Origin: Candidatus Levyibacteriota bacterium
GTDB lineage: Bacteria; Patescibacteriota; Microgenomatia; Levybacterales; UBA12049
Length of the DNA: 64,000 bases
Direction of reading: 5' to 3'
NCBI GenBank assembly: GCA_016432345.1
Contig: CP066685.1
Span: forward strand, 304,236 to 368,235
Shown: positions 45,971 through 55,161 of the stretch, one piece after another
Position numbering within the stretch: position 1 is the stretch's first letter
How the letters are laid out: each line of letters begins with the position of its first letter
The notes under the pieces: model-generated
Told to the model about the DNA's origin: nothing
Databases searched by the model: none
Seen by the model: the letters and a program-made list of their open reading frames with translations, nothing else
Translations under genes and position numbers: made by a program

Positions 45971-45980
45971 GTAGCGCAGT

Positions 45981-46009
45981 TTGTATGCGGGATCACTTTC
46001 TTGTATAAT
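45981..46009 (+). promoter_or_regulatory. Promoter candidate TTGTAT-17-TATAAT (TG immediately upstream of the -10), 9 nt before ATG 46019
   Basis: Read directly. Confidence 0.4.
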
Positions 46010-46018
46010 TTTTCTTAC

Positions 46019-46774
46019 ATGTTGAAACCGTTTATTTCCGTTGTTATACCCTCTTACGATGAGATGGCAAATTTGCAAAAGGGAGTTTTAGATAAAGTTG
46101 CTCATTTTTTGGATAAAAAAAAGTACAGCTATGAGGTTATCATTGTTGATGATGGTTCAACAGATGGGAGTGTTGTATTTGTCCAAGAGTTTGTAAAAGA
46201 AAATCCATGTTTTAAACTGATAAAAAATCAACATGCTGGAAAAGCTGGAGCAGTAACCTCAGGTGTGCTTTTAGCAAGCGGTAAATATATTTTATTTACC
46301 GACATGGATCAGGCAACGCCTATCGAGGAGGTCGAAAATCTTTTGCCTTATTTTAATGAAGGTTTTGATATTGTTATCGGTTCTCGAAGTACGAAAAGAA
46401 AAGGCTCGCCCTGGACACGTGTTGTTATGGCTCGGGGTATGATAATTCTTAGGACTGTATTTATTGGTTTAACAGGTATTACCGATACGCAATGTGGATT
46501 TAAAATGTTTAAAAAAGATGTTGCCAAAAAACTTTTTACCAAAATTCAAAAGCTGCACAATGGATTTTCACAAATTTCAGGATCCAATGTGGCGGCGGGT
46601 TTTGATGTGGAGCTTTTGTATCTTGCTCAAAAAATGAAATTTAAGATAAAAGAGGTTTTTGTAAACTGGCTGTATGTGGAAACCCGTCGGGTTAATCCGC
46701 TTACAGATTCCATCGAGGGTTTTTTTGATCTTCTTCGCATCAAACAAAACGACCTGCAGGGAAAATACAAATAA
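46019..46774 (+). CDS. GT2 polyprenol-phosphate hexosyltransferase-like (Dol-P-glucosyltransferase type)
   Basis: ORF 46001..46774 (TTG), with the ATG at 46019. SVVIPSYDE, IIVDDGSTDGS, FTDMDQATP and TDTQCGFKMF. Confidence 0.85.
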   Translation: MLKPFISVVIPSYDEMANLQKGVLDKVAHFLDKKKYSYEVIIVDDGSTDGSVVFVQEFVKENPCFKLIKNQHAGKAGAVTSGVLLASGKYILFTDMDQATPIEEVENLLPYFNEGFDIVIGSRSTKRKGSPWTRVVMARGMIILRTVFIGLTGITDTQCGFKMFKKDVAKKLFTKIQKLHNGFSQISGSNVAAGFDVELLYLAQKMKFKIKEVFVNWLYVETRRVNPLTDSIEGFFDLLRIKQNDLQGKYK

Positions 46775-46778
46775 ATCC

Positions 46779-47996
46779 ATGCGAATTTTCAATTTTCAAT
46801 TTTCAATTTTCAATTTTCTTGCGATATGTTATACAACAGTAATTCTTAGTTTGTTCTTTTTTTCCTTCACCCAGGTAGATTTAGGCCTAACACTTAGTCA
46901 ATGGTCTGTTTGGCAGGAATTTCAAAAATTTTTCCAAACTATTGGTTATTTTCAGCGGCCATTTTCAACCGTCTGGTATACTTTTTTGCTCATTTTTCTA
47001 TTTGGTTTTTACTTTGCCTTTTTATATTTAGCCCAAAAAAAATTACTTACAGAAAAGCAAATTACAATACTTATTTTGTTAACAAGCGCAATCTTATTTT
47101 TTTCCTACAACGCCTTTTCTTACGATTTATTTAATTACATTTTCGATGTAAAAATTGTTACGTTTTATCATCAAAATCCCTATACGCATCGGGCGCTTGA
47201 TTATATGGGTAATCCCATGCTTGGTTTTATGCATTGGACACAGCGGACTTATCCGTATGGACCCTTTTGGCTTTTGGTAACAATTCCTTTTGGTCTTCTT
47301 GATGGTTTTAGGCTACTGCTTCCCACGATGATGCTTTTTAAGGGACTGGCGTTTATTAGTTATTTAGGAACAGTACTTTTTTTAAAAAAGATTTTAGACA
47401 AAGTTTCTCCAAAAGACGCATTATTCGGCATAGTATTTTTTGCTTTTAATCCGCTTGTGTTAATCGAAAGTTTAGTATCAGCTCACAATGATATTTTTAT
47501 GATGTTCCTGTCTGTTTGGGCTTTTAAGCTCTTATTGGACAAAAAATATTTTCGTTCATTTTTATTACTTGTTTTATCAATAGGCGTAAAGTTTGCCACA
47601 GTATTTCTTATACCCGTTTTTTTACTAATTGGCTTTTTACTTTTTAAACAAAAAAAGATTAATTGGAATTTAATCTTTTTAATAATTACGCTGTTTATGA
47701 TTTTTCCCGTTGTCGTTGCTAGTGTTCGGACCAATTTTCAACCATGGTATCTTTTGTATATTTTGCCATTTGTGTCATTTCTTGCCAAAAAGTATTTCAT
47801 ACTCATTCCATCGGTTGTAATCTCTCTTTTTGCTCTGTTTGAATACGCGCCATTTTTATATACTGGTAATTGGAATTCACCAATTCCAGTACTTCTCGAA
47901 ACAATCAGATTTGTTGGTATTGGGATTTCGGCTTTTTTGGTAGTCATATGGTTTATACGAAATCGCTTTTTGGTAAGGCATAACGTGTTACAATAA
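46779..47996 (+). CDS. Polytopic membrane protein, probable GT-C-type glycosyltransferase (DUF2029/GT87-like)
   Basis: ORF 46674..47996, with the likely ATG at 46779, 4 nt after the upstream stop. About 11 TM helices. Loop NPYTHRALDYMGNPMLGFMHWTQRTYPYGPFW. Confidence 0.45.
   Translation: MRIFNFQFSIFNFLAICYTTVILSLFFFSFTQVDLGLTLSQWSVWQEFQKFFQTIGYFQRPFSTVWYTFLLIFLFGFYFAFLYLAQKKLLTEKQITILILLTSAILFFSYNAFSYDLFNYIFDVKIVTFYHQNPYTHRALDYMGNPMLGFMHWTQRTYPYGPFWLLVTIPFGLLDGFRLLLPTMMLFKGLAFISYLGTVLFLKKILDKVSPKDALFGIVFFAFNPLVLIESLVSAHNDIFMMFLSVWAFKLLLDKKYFRSFLLLVLSIGVKFATVFLIPVFLLIGFLLFKQKKINWNLIFLIITLFMIFPVVVASVRTNFQPWYLLYILPFVSFLAKKYFILIPSVVISLFALFEYAPFLYTGNWNSPIPVLLETIRFVGIGISAFLVVIWFIRNRFLVRHNVLQ
46784..46818 (+). 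repeat. Heptanucleotide array (AATTTTC) x5 perfect at codons 3-14 of the membrane protein gene
   Basis: Read directly. It encodes IFNFQFSIFNF. Confidence 0.97.
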
Positions 47997-48000
47997 TCAT

Positions 48001-49515
48001 ATGGACTTTGTTAACAAATACAAAAAAGAAATTATCTTTTTTGCACTCCTTGTACTTTTATTTTTCTTTACTCGTTTGTATAGATTAGATTCGTTACCTA
48101 TGTTTACCGACGAAGCAATTTATGTTCGGTGGTCGCAGATAGCAAAGCAGGATGCCAGTTGGAGGTTTATTTCTTTAACCGACGGCAAGCAGCCAACTTT
48201 TATTTGGACAACACTTATTATGATGCGTTTTGTTTCCGATCCACTGCTTGCTGGACGCTTGGCATCGGTTATGGCCGGTTTTTTCACTATGTTGGGTCTT
48301 TTTTTCTTAGGAAGGGAAGTTTTTTATAAACGCTGGATTGGTTTAATATCCAGCGCCTTGTACGTTGTATTTCCAATGGCGCTGGTGTACGACCGCATGG
48401 CTTTATACGATACAATGGTTGGCACTTTTGCCGTATGGAGCCTGTTTTTAGCAATTCTTCTGGTTCGAAATCTTCGTCTTGATACAGCGCTTTTATTGGG
48501 TTTTAGCGCAGGAGCAGGCGTGTTAACAAAAACATCTGGTTTTTTTAACATCTATTTATTGCCGCTGCTGTTTTTGCTTTTTGACTTCAAAAAACAGAAC
48601 TTGGCGCAAAGATTATTTCGTTTTGTGGGGCTTCTTCTGCTGGTTGTTGCGTTAACACAGCTTTATTATTCGGTGCTTAGACTTTCGCCATTTTTTTATA
48701 TCATTGCCGAAAAAAATGCTCTTTTTGTTTATACGTGGCACGACTGGTTAGATCACCCATTTAATTTTTTCTATGGAAATCTTAAAGGTGTATGGGATTG
48801 GTTTTTAACCTACACAACGTGGTCAGGAGTAATACTAATTTTTGGTTCATACGTTGTATACAAAAATCAGTGGCGGGAAAAGGCGGTGTTAACTCTTTGG
48901 TTTATTATTCCTTTTTTAACTCTGGCAATTTTTGGCAAAACTCTCTATCCGCGTTTTATTCTTTTTATGATTCTTTCTCTTTTGCCGCTTATGGCCTTAT
49001 CGCTTTATTTTCTGTCTGTGCAAAGTATCAAAAAACCGTTTATCGCTTTGTGTTTTATCATAGTTTTTGTTTTGCCGCTTCAGTCTGATTATTTTATTCT
49101 TTTGGATTTTGCTCACTCGCCAATACCCAAATCAGATCTGGGACAGTACATTAATAATTGGCCGGCCGGAGGGGGAGTAAAAGAGCTGGTGGCATTGCTT
49201 AAAGATCAGGCAGCCTATGGCAAAATCTTTGTGGCATCAGAAGGGACTTTTGGTAGCTTACCCACTTATACGGTAGAAATTTATTTAGGAAATAATCCAA
49301 ATATAGACAAACGGGGCATCTGGCCGATAACTGCGGAAATACCGGAGGATATTTTGGCCAAAGCCAAAATTATGCCAACATTTGTGGTGTTTAATAATTC
49401 AAGGTTTCCTCCGCCAAAATGGCCGCTTATTTTTGTGGCAAAATATCAAAAAGGCATCGGGGATGCATATATGAGTGTTTATAAAGTTGATCAGGCAAAG
49501 GTAAAACATAAATAG
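48001..49515 (+). CDS. GT39-like (ArnT/PMT_2) polytopic glycosyltransferase
   Basis: First loop FTDEAIYVRWSQ (DE motif), followed by more than 10 TM helices. Confidence 0.65.
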   Translation: MDFVNKYKKEIIFFALLVLLFFFTRLYRLDSLPMFTDEAIYVRWSQIAKQDASWRFISLTDGKQPTFIWTTLIMMRFVSDPLLAGRLASVMAGFFTMLGLFFLGREVFYKRWIGLISSALYVVFPMALVYDRMALYDTMVGTFAVWSLFLAILLVRNLRLDTALLLGFSAGAGVLTKTSGFFNIYLLPLLFLLFDFKKQNLAQRLFRFVGLLLLVVALTQLYYSVLRLSPFFYIIAEKNALFVYTWHDWLDHPFNFFYGNLKGVWDWFLTYTTWSGVILIFGSYVVYKNQWREKAVLTLWFIIPFLTLAIFGKTLYPRFILFMILSLLPLMALSLYFLSVQSIKKPFIALCFIIVFVLPLQSDYFILLDFAHSPIPKSDLGQYINNWPAGGGVKELVALLKDQAAYGKIFVASEGTFGSLPTYTVEIYLGNNPNIDKRGIWPITAEIPEDILAKAKIMPTFVVFNNSRFPPPKWPLIFVAKYQKGIGDAYMSVYKVDQAKVKHK

Positions 49516-49517
49516 CG

Positions 49518-51167
49518 ATGAATTTCTTCATCAAAAAACACGCGTACCTTCTGGCTATTTTGCTCTTTTCTTTTCTTCCGTTTATTACCACTTTTGCAAC
49601 CACATTGTATCCGTATACCCAGGATGGCTGGACGCATCTGGCTCGTGAAGGGGCTTTTTTTAAAGCCTTAAAAGATGGACAGATTCCTGTTAGGTGGGCG
49701 GGAGATTTAAATTATGGCTATGGCATGCCGCTTTTTAATTTCGCTTTTCATTTTCCCTATATTGTTGCCTCAAGTTTTATTTTTTTAGGGTTTGGTCTTG
49801 TTGATGCGTATAAACTTACAGTATTGTCTAGTTTTTTGTTATCTGGAATAAGTATGTATTTGTTTGCATCAGAATTTTTTAAAGACAAAAAAAAAGCAGT
49901 GCTTGCGGCAGTATCTTATCAATTCTTTCCATTTCATTTAGTAGATCTTTTAGTTCGGGGTAGTATTGGAGAGCTTTTTGCTTTTGCTCATTTGCCGCTT
50001 CTTTTATATGGAGCAACGCTTTTTTGGAGAAAAAAGAATAGATTTGGGATATTAATTGTTGCTTTGAGCACTGCATTTTTATTACTGTCGCATTTAGCAA
50101 CAGGTGGAATTTTTCTTATAATGGCAATTATTTTTGTGTTGTTATTTGGTAAAGATAGAAAAAGCAGATGGTACTTTTTGATGGCGGTAATTTTAGGATT
50201 ATTGCTTTCGGCATATTATGTGTTGCCAGCAATTTTCGAACATAAATATACCTATGGCGACTTATTTGCTCAAAATTTGTACAAACAGCATTTTGCCAAT
50301 CTTTCGACATTTTTTATCCCTAATTTTTTTAATATTAAGAGTTTGCGAATTGGCGATGTGCCAATACAAATAGGTTTATTTTCCATATTAGCTCTTTTTT
50401 TGTCAGTTATTATTTTTTTTCAAGAAAAGAGTAAGGAAGCCAAAAAACTTTTTTTGTTCTGTTTTTTCTTTTTTACAGCTTCATTATTTTTAACACAGCA
50501 GGTATCATCTTTTTTTTGGGAAAAAATGCCGCTTTTTACCCAATTTCAATTCCCCTGGCGCTTTTTAAGTATTATGGGTTTTGTTTTGTCGCTGCTTTCA
50601 GTCAGTTTTTTATCTATTCCTTTTTTCCAAAAAAAAATAGGGTTTTTAGTTTTGATTTTTGGTATTGTGTTTTCTACAATTTGGTATTGGACTCCACAAC
50701 TAGGTTTTATCAAAATAAACGAAGTTGATTATTGGAATTATCCCCTCAATACCACTTATTTTGGCGAAACAGATGTTATTTGGTCTGCGGGACCTGCAGG
50801 ATCTTATCCTAAAAACAGGATTGATGTTATTGGAGGCAAAGCAACAATTACAGATTTTGTTAAAAAATCAAACCTGCACACTTTTACTCTACAAGGAGAG
50901 ACGAAAAGTCAACTTGTCGATCACACACAATATTTCCCTGGCTGGCGTGTGTTTGTAGATAACAACGAAGTTCCCGTGCAGTTTCAAGACGAACATTGGA
51001 GAGGGCAAATAACTTTTTTTGTCCCAAAAGGAAAATATAATGTTGTTATTTCTTTTGGAGAAACAGCAATTCGCATATTTTCTGATTTATTATCTCTACT
51101 TACAATTATTTTCCTTTTTTTATTTTGTCTTTTCGATCCTAAAATTTTAAAAAGATTTTTTCTATGA
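49518..51167 (+). CDS. Polytopic GT-C-like membrane protein (family annotated as PTPS-related membrane protein), paralog 1 of 3
   Basis: N-terminal loop YTQDGWTHLAREGAFFKALKDGQIPVRWAGDLNYGYGMPLFNF and motif FPWRFL. Paralogous to 55158..56684 and 56692..58233. Confidence 0.55.
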   Translation: MNFFIKKHAYLLAILLFSFLPFITTFATTLYPYTQDGWTHLAREGAFFKALKDGQIPVRWAGDLNYGYGMPLFNFAFHFPYIVASSFIFLGFGLVDAYKLTVLSSFLLSGISMYLFASEFFKDKKKAVLAAVSYQFFPFHLVDLLVRGSIGELFAFAHLPLLLYGATLFWRKKNRFGILIVALSTAFLLLSHLATGGIFLIMAIIFVLLFGKDRKSRWYFLMAVILGLLLSAYYVLPAIFEHKYTYGDLFAQNLYKQHFANLSTFFIPNFFNIKSLRIGDVPIQIGLFSILALFLSVIIFFQEKSKEAKKLFLFCFFFFTASLFLTQQVSSFFWEKMPLFTQFQFPWRFLSIMGFVLSLLSVSFLSIPFFQKKIGFLVLIFGIVFSTIWYWTPQLGFIKINEVDYWNYPLNTTYFGETDVIWSAGPAGSYPKNRIDVIGGKATITDFVKKSNLHTFTLQGETKSQLVDHTQYFPGWRVFVDNNEVPVQFQDEHWRGQITFFVPKGKYNVVISFGETAIRIFSDLLSLLTIIFLFLFCLFDPKILKRFFL

Positions 51168-53524
51168 AAAAAGAATATCTTGCTCTATTTTTTTTAAGTC
51201 TTGTTTGTGCATTATTTTTTTATAAATTTATTTTTTTGGGGCTTGTTCCATTTCCCGGAGACTTGCTTATTGGAGAATACGGTCCATGGAAAACATATTC
51301 CTATTTAGGATATGTGCCAGGTAGTTTTCCTAATAAAGCCCAGTATTTCGATGTTATTCGTCAGTTATATCCTTGGAAAACTCTTGTTATAGATACGATA
51401 AAAAATGGCTCTTTTCCATTATGGAATCCCTATAATTTTTCAGGTAGCCCGCTTTTTGCCAATGTCCAGTCTGCTGTTTTATATCCGTTAAATGTTTTAT
51501 ATTTTATTTTTCCACAAATTATCGCCTGGAGTATATTAGTTTTCGCGCAACCTCTTATTGCTTGTTTATTTACTTATCTTTATGCAAGAAAAATTAATGT
51601 TGGAATTATTGGTAGTCTTTTCGCCGCTATTTCGTTTGGATTTTCTTCGTTTTTCTCGGTTTGGCTGGAATACAACACTATTGGACAAGTTATTTGTTAT
51701 CTGCCAATGGCGCTTTTTGCCGTCGAACAATTTTTTTCAAATAGAAAAAAACGTTTTATTTTATTATTTATATTTTCTCTTGTGTCAGCATCGCTGGCAG
51801 GGCATATTCAGGTATTTGCATACTTTTTTTTCTTTGTGGGAGTGTATATTTTTTTTAGGGCTAAAAGTTTGGGAATATCTTTTCCTTTTGTATTGTTTTT
51901 TTCCATGTTATTGTCTCTTGGTTTATCTTCGGTGCAGTTTATTCCCAGTTTAGAGCTTATCATATTTTCCGCCAGAAACACGCATCCTTATACGGAAATG
52001 GTTGAAAAAATTCTCATTCAGCCCTGGCAGCTCGTTATGCTTTTGGTGCCAGATTTTTTTGGCAACCCGGCAACCAGAAATTATTGGATACCAGATACCT
52101 ATGTTGGAAAAGTAACTTCAATTGGTTTTGTAGCTTTGATTTTTATTCTTTTTTCTTTTGTCAAAAAGAAACCATTTTTTTTCCGTTTTTTTTCTGTTGC
52201 CTCTTTGATTGTGTTAGTTTTTGCAACATTAAACCCCATAACTGCAATTTTATATCGTTTTGATATACCGTTTGTTTCCTCAAGCGCTCCAACGCTTGGT
52301 GTATTTATTTTTTGTTTTTCTATGTCAGTGCTCGCTGGATTTGGTATTGACGTTTTTCTTAGAGATGATAAATTAAAAAACAAATATTGCCCGTTCATCA
52401 TTGTTGGAGGCACACTTTTTGTTTTATGGATTGTTGTTTTTGCTTCCAAATATGATTTTGTTTCCTGGAAACAGATTTATTTAATAGGAATGAAGCCGCT
52501 TTTGTATGCATCGTTGCTTTTTGTTTTGACAAGTGTAGTGTTTTATATTGGATTTTTACTAAAACAAATAAAAATTTTTCTTGTGGTAATATTTCTTTTA
52601 TTGCAAATAGGAGATACATTTCGTTTTTTTCAAAAGTTTAATCCTTTTTCGCCAATACAGTCCGTTTTTCCCAAAGCAGATGTCTTAACGGTTCTACAAA
52701 ACAAAACAGGAATAAATCGTTTTTGGGGCTACGGAACTGCCGCAATTGAGGCAAATTTTGCCACACAGTATCGTCTTTTTTCGCCAGAAGGATATGATCC
52801 GCTTTATCCGAGTTGGTATGGTTCATTTCTTCCATCAACGCGCGACGGTAAGTTGCTTAGAGCATTTACTCCCCAAACCAGATCCGATGCAATCATATCA
52901 CAGGGATATGGCAAAGATAATTTTGTAAATGATTACCGAGATCGCGTACTTGATATGCTTGGTGTGTTTTATATTCTTGATCGAGACGCCAACGGTTTGT
53001 CTGAAAAATCATTCATTCCAGACCGATACCGTCTTATCTACCAAAAGGACGGGTGGAAAATTTTCGAAAACAAAAAAGCCTTACCGCGCGCATTTTTTGC
53101 CTCTCAATATCGTATTTTTACCACGCCAAAGGCATTTGAAGACGCATTTTTTGCCAAATCATTTGATCCCAAAGCGACCGTGTTGCTTAATGAAAATCCG
53201 GGAGTCTCATCTTTGGTAAATGGAGAAGCAGCCATTGTTTCGTATGCGCCGGAAAATGTGGTTATCAAAACAAATTCAGCAGGAGATAGTCTATTGGTGT
53301 TGTCCGATGCCTATTATCCCGGATGGCAGGCAACAGTCGATGGGCAACAAACCCACATATTTAAGGCCGACTATGCGTTTCGGGCAGTTGTCGTGCCAAA
53401 AGGCAGCCATGTGGTTATCTTTACATTTTTTCCATTGTCTTTTAAGATTGGAATAATGCTATCAGTAGTTAGTTTTGCTTTTGTCAGCATATTTGTTTTC
53501 TTTTCAAAAAAACAAAAAATATGA
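51164..53524 (+). CDS. YfhO family polytopic membrane glycosyltransferase
   Basis: LYPWKTLVIDTIKNGSFPLWNPYNFSGSPLFANVQSAVLYPLN is the YfhO N-terminal signature. 786 aa with a C-terminal beta-rich domain. Confidence 0.75.
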   Translation: MKKEYLALFFLSLVCALFFYKFIFLGLVPFPGDLLIGEYGPWKTYSYLGYVPGSFPNKAQYFDVIRQLYPWKTLVIDTIKNGSFPLWNPYNFSGSPLFANVQSAVLYPLNVLYFIFPQIIAWSILVFAQPLIACLFTYLYARKINVGIIGSLFAAISFGFSSFFSVWLEYNTIGQVICYLPMALFAVEQFFSNRKKRFILLFIFSLVSASLAGHIQVFAYFFFFVGVYIFFRAKSLGISFPFVLFFSMLLSLGLSSVQFIPSLELIIFSARNTHPYTEMVEKILIQPWQLVMLLVPDFFGNPATRNYWIPDTYVGKVTSIGFVALIFILFSFVKKKPFFFRFFSVASLIVLVFATLNPITAILYRFDIPFVSSSAPTLGVFIFCFSMSVLAGFGIDVFLRDDKLKNKYCPFIIVGGTLFVLWIVVFASKYDFVSWKQIYLIGMKPLLYASLLFVLTSVVFYIGFLLKQIKIFLVVIFLLLQIGDTFRFFQKFNPFSPIQSVFPKADVLTVLQNKTGINRFWGYGTAAIEANFATQYRLFSPEGYDPLYPSWYGSFLPSTRDGKLLRAFTPQTRSDAIISQGYGKDNFVNDYRDRVLDMLGVFYILDRDANGLSEKSFIPDRYRLIYQKDGWKIFENKKALPRAFFASQYRIFTTPKAFEDAFFAKSFDPKATVLLNENPGVSSLVNGEAAIVSYAPENVVIKTNSAGDSLLVLSDAYYPGWQATVDGQQTHIFKADYAFRAVVVPKGSHVVIFTFFPLSFKIGIMLSVVSFAFVSIFVFFSKKQKI

Positions 53525-55161
53525 AACAAAAATATCTTTTCTTTCTCTTTTTTATCATCTTATTTTCTGCAGCATTTCTTAGATTATATAAATTGGGTGA
53601 AGTACCCCCGGGTCCAAATCGAGACGAAGCATCAATTGGCTATACGGCTTATTCTTTATTACAAACAGGAAAAGATGAATATGGAAGGTGGCATCCACTT
53701 TCTTTTCAGTCATTTGGCGATTGGAAACTTCCTTTATATGTATACGCAACAGAAATATTTGTCAAATTTTTGGGTTTATCTGCTTTTGCAATTCGTTTAC
53801 CTTCCGTCATTTTTGGCATAGGCAGCGTTGTTCTTACTTTTTTTCTTGCCAAAAGACTTTCCCAAAGTCTAGCAGTGGCGTTTTTTGCCATGTTTTTTAT
53901 GGCATTTTCTCCCTGGAGTATTCATTTTTCCCGTGTTGCCTCCGAAGCAAATACGGCAGTATTTTTAACTATCACCGCAACCATTTTTTTCTATAAAGGA
54001 TTGCAAAAACAAACATATTTTATAATGTCTGCCATTTTTTTTGCCCTCACGTATTTTACTTATGCTGGAAATTACATTTTTACAACACTGCTAGTGTTAG
54101 GACTGACATTTTTATATCGTGAAGAGATTTTTAAAAAAACATATGGTATTGTGGCCGCTATTTTATTTATCCTACTTTCTATTTCTATCGGTTATATAAC
54201 ATTTTCTGCGAATACCACAAAAATTTCTGGTATTGGAATTTTTGGCAACTCGGCAGTGGTGCATGCACAGATAGAAATTCCCCGAAATGAGTATGCAAAT
54301 CCACAATCCTTTTTCGCGCGGCTGTTTTATAACAGAGTCTCTTTTGCTGCCGAGCATTTTTTTCAAAATTACCTGATGTCTTTTTCCCCGGAATTTTTAT
54401 TTGTTAAAGGCGGCGCTAATCGCGCTCATAACATTGCCAATTTTGGCAACATGTATTTACTTGATGTTTTACCTCTTTTTCTAGGAATCTTTTACTTGCT
54501 ATCTATAAAAAAAAACAAGGAGATAACAGTTGTTTTGTGGTGGTTTTTTATTAGTCCAATAGCAGCAAGTATTACCAAAGACGCCCCGCACTCGGCCCGC
54601 ATGCTTGCTATTCTTCCTATTTTACCGCTCGTTTGTTCTTTTGGCGTCTTTTATTTTTTGTCAAAAATTAGGCAGCGTTATAAACAAGTTTTATATATTG
54701 CTATGGCGGGTTTTATTTTTGCATATGCATACAGTATAGGAATGTATATTGATCGTTACTTTATTCATTTCCCCAAAAATGAAAGCGAAAATTGGGGAGC
54801 AGGATATCAATATCTTACAACTATTTTATCTGCGGACGAATATGTCGGTAAAGAAGTAATTATGTCAAAACCCGAGCATTCTCCATATATTTTTTTATTA
54901 TTCTATTCACGATTTGATCCAAAGATATATCAACAAATTGCCATTCGTTATCCAATAACAGAAGATGGTTTTGTGCATGTTAACGGATTTAATAGATATG
55001 TATTTAGAGAGATTGATTGGGAAAAGGATATGCAAAGATTAAATACAATTCTTATTGAAGAATCTTCATCTGTTTCGGATTCAATTAAAAAAATGTCTAA
55101 AACAAAAGAGATCACACTTTTGAATGGTAAATCCATGTTTACCATTGTAGAAACGAAATGA
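53521..55161 (+). CDS. GT39-like (ArnT/PMT_2) polytopic glycosyltransferase
   Basis: RDEASIGYTAYSLLQTGKDEYGRWHPL loop, followed by more than 10 TM helices. Confidence 0.7.
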   Translation: MKQKYLFFLFFIILFSAAFLRLYKLGEVPPGPNRDEASIGYTAYSLLQTGKDEYGRWHPLSFQSFGDWKLPLYVYATEIFVKFLGLSAFAIRLPSVIFGIGSVVLTFFLAKRLSQSLAVAFFAMFFMAFSPWSIHFSRVASEANTAVFLTITATIFFYKGLQKQTYFIMSAIFFALTYFTYAGNYIFTTLLVLGLTFLYREEIFKKTYGIVAAILFILLSISIGYITFSANTTKISGIGIFGNSAVVHAQIEIPRNEYANPQSFFARLFYNRVSFAAEHFFQNYLMSFSPEFLFVKGGANRAHNIANFGNMYLLDVLPLFLGIFYLLSIKKNKEITVVLWWFFISPIAASITKDAPHSARMLAILPILPLVCSFGVFYFLSKIRQRYKQVLYIAMAGFIFAYAYSIGMYIDRYFIHFPKNESENWGAGYQYLTTILSADEYVGKEVIMSKPEHSPYIFLLFYSRFDPKIYQQIAIRYPITEDGFVHVNGFNRYVFREIDWEKDMQRLNTILIEESSSVSDSIKKMSKTKEITLLNGKSMFTIVETK

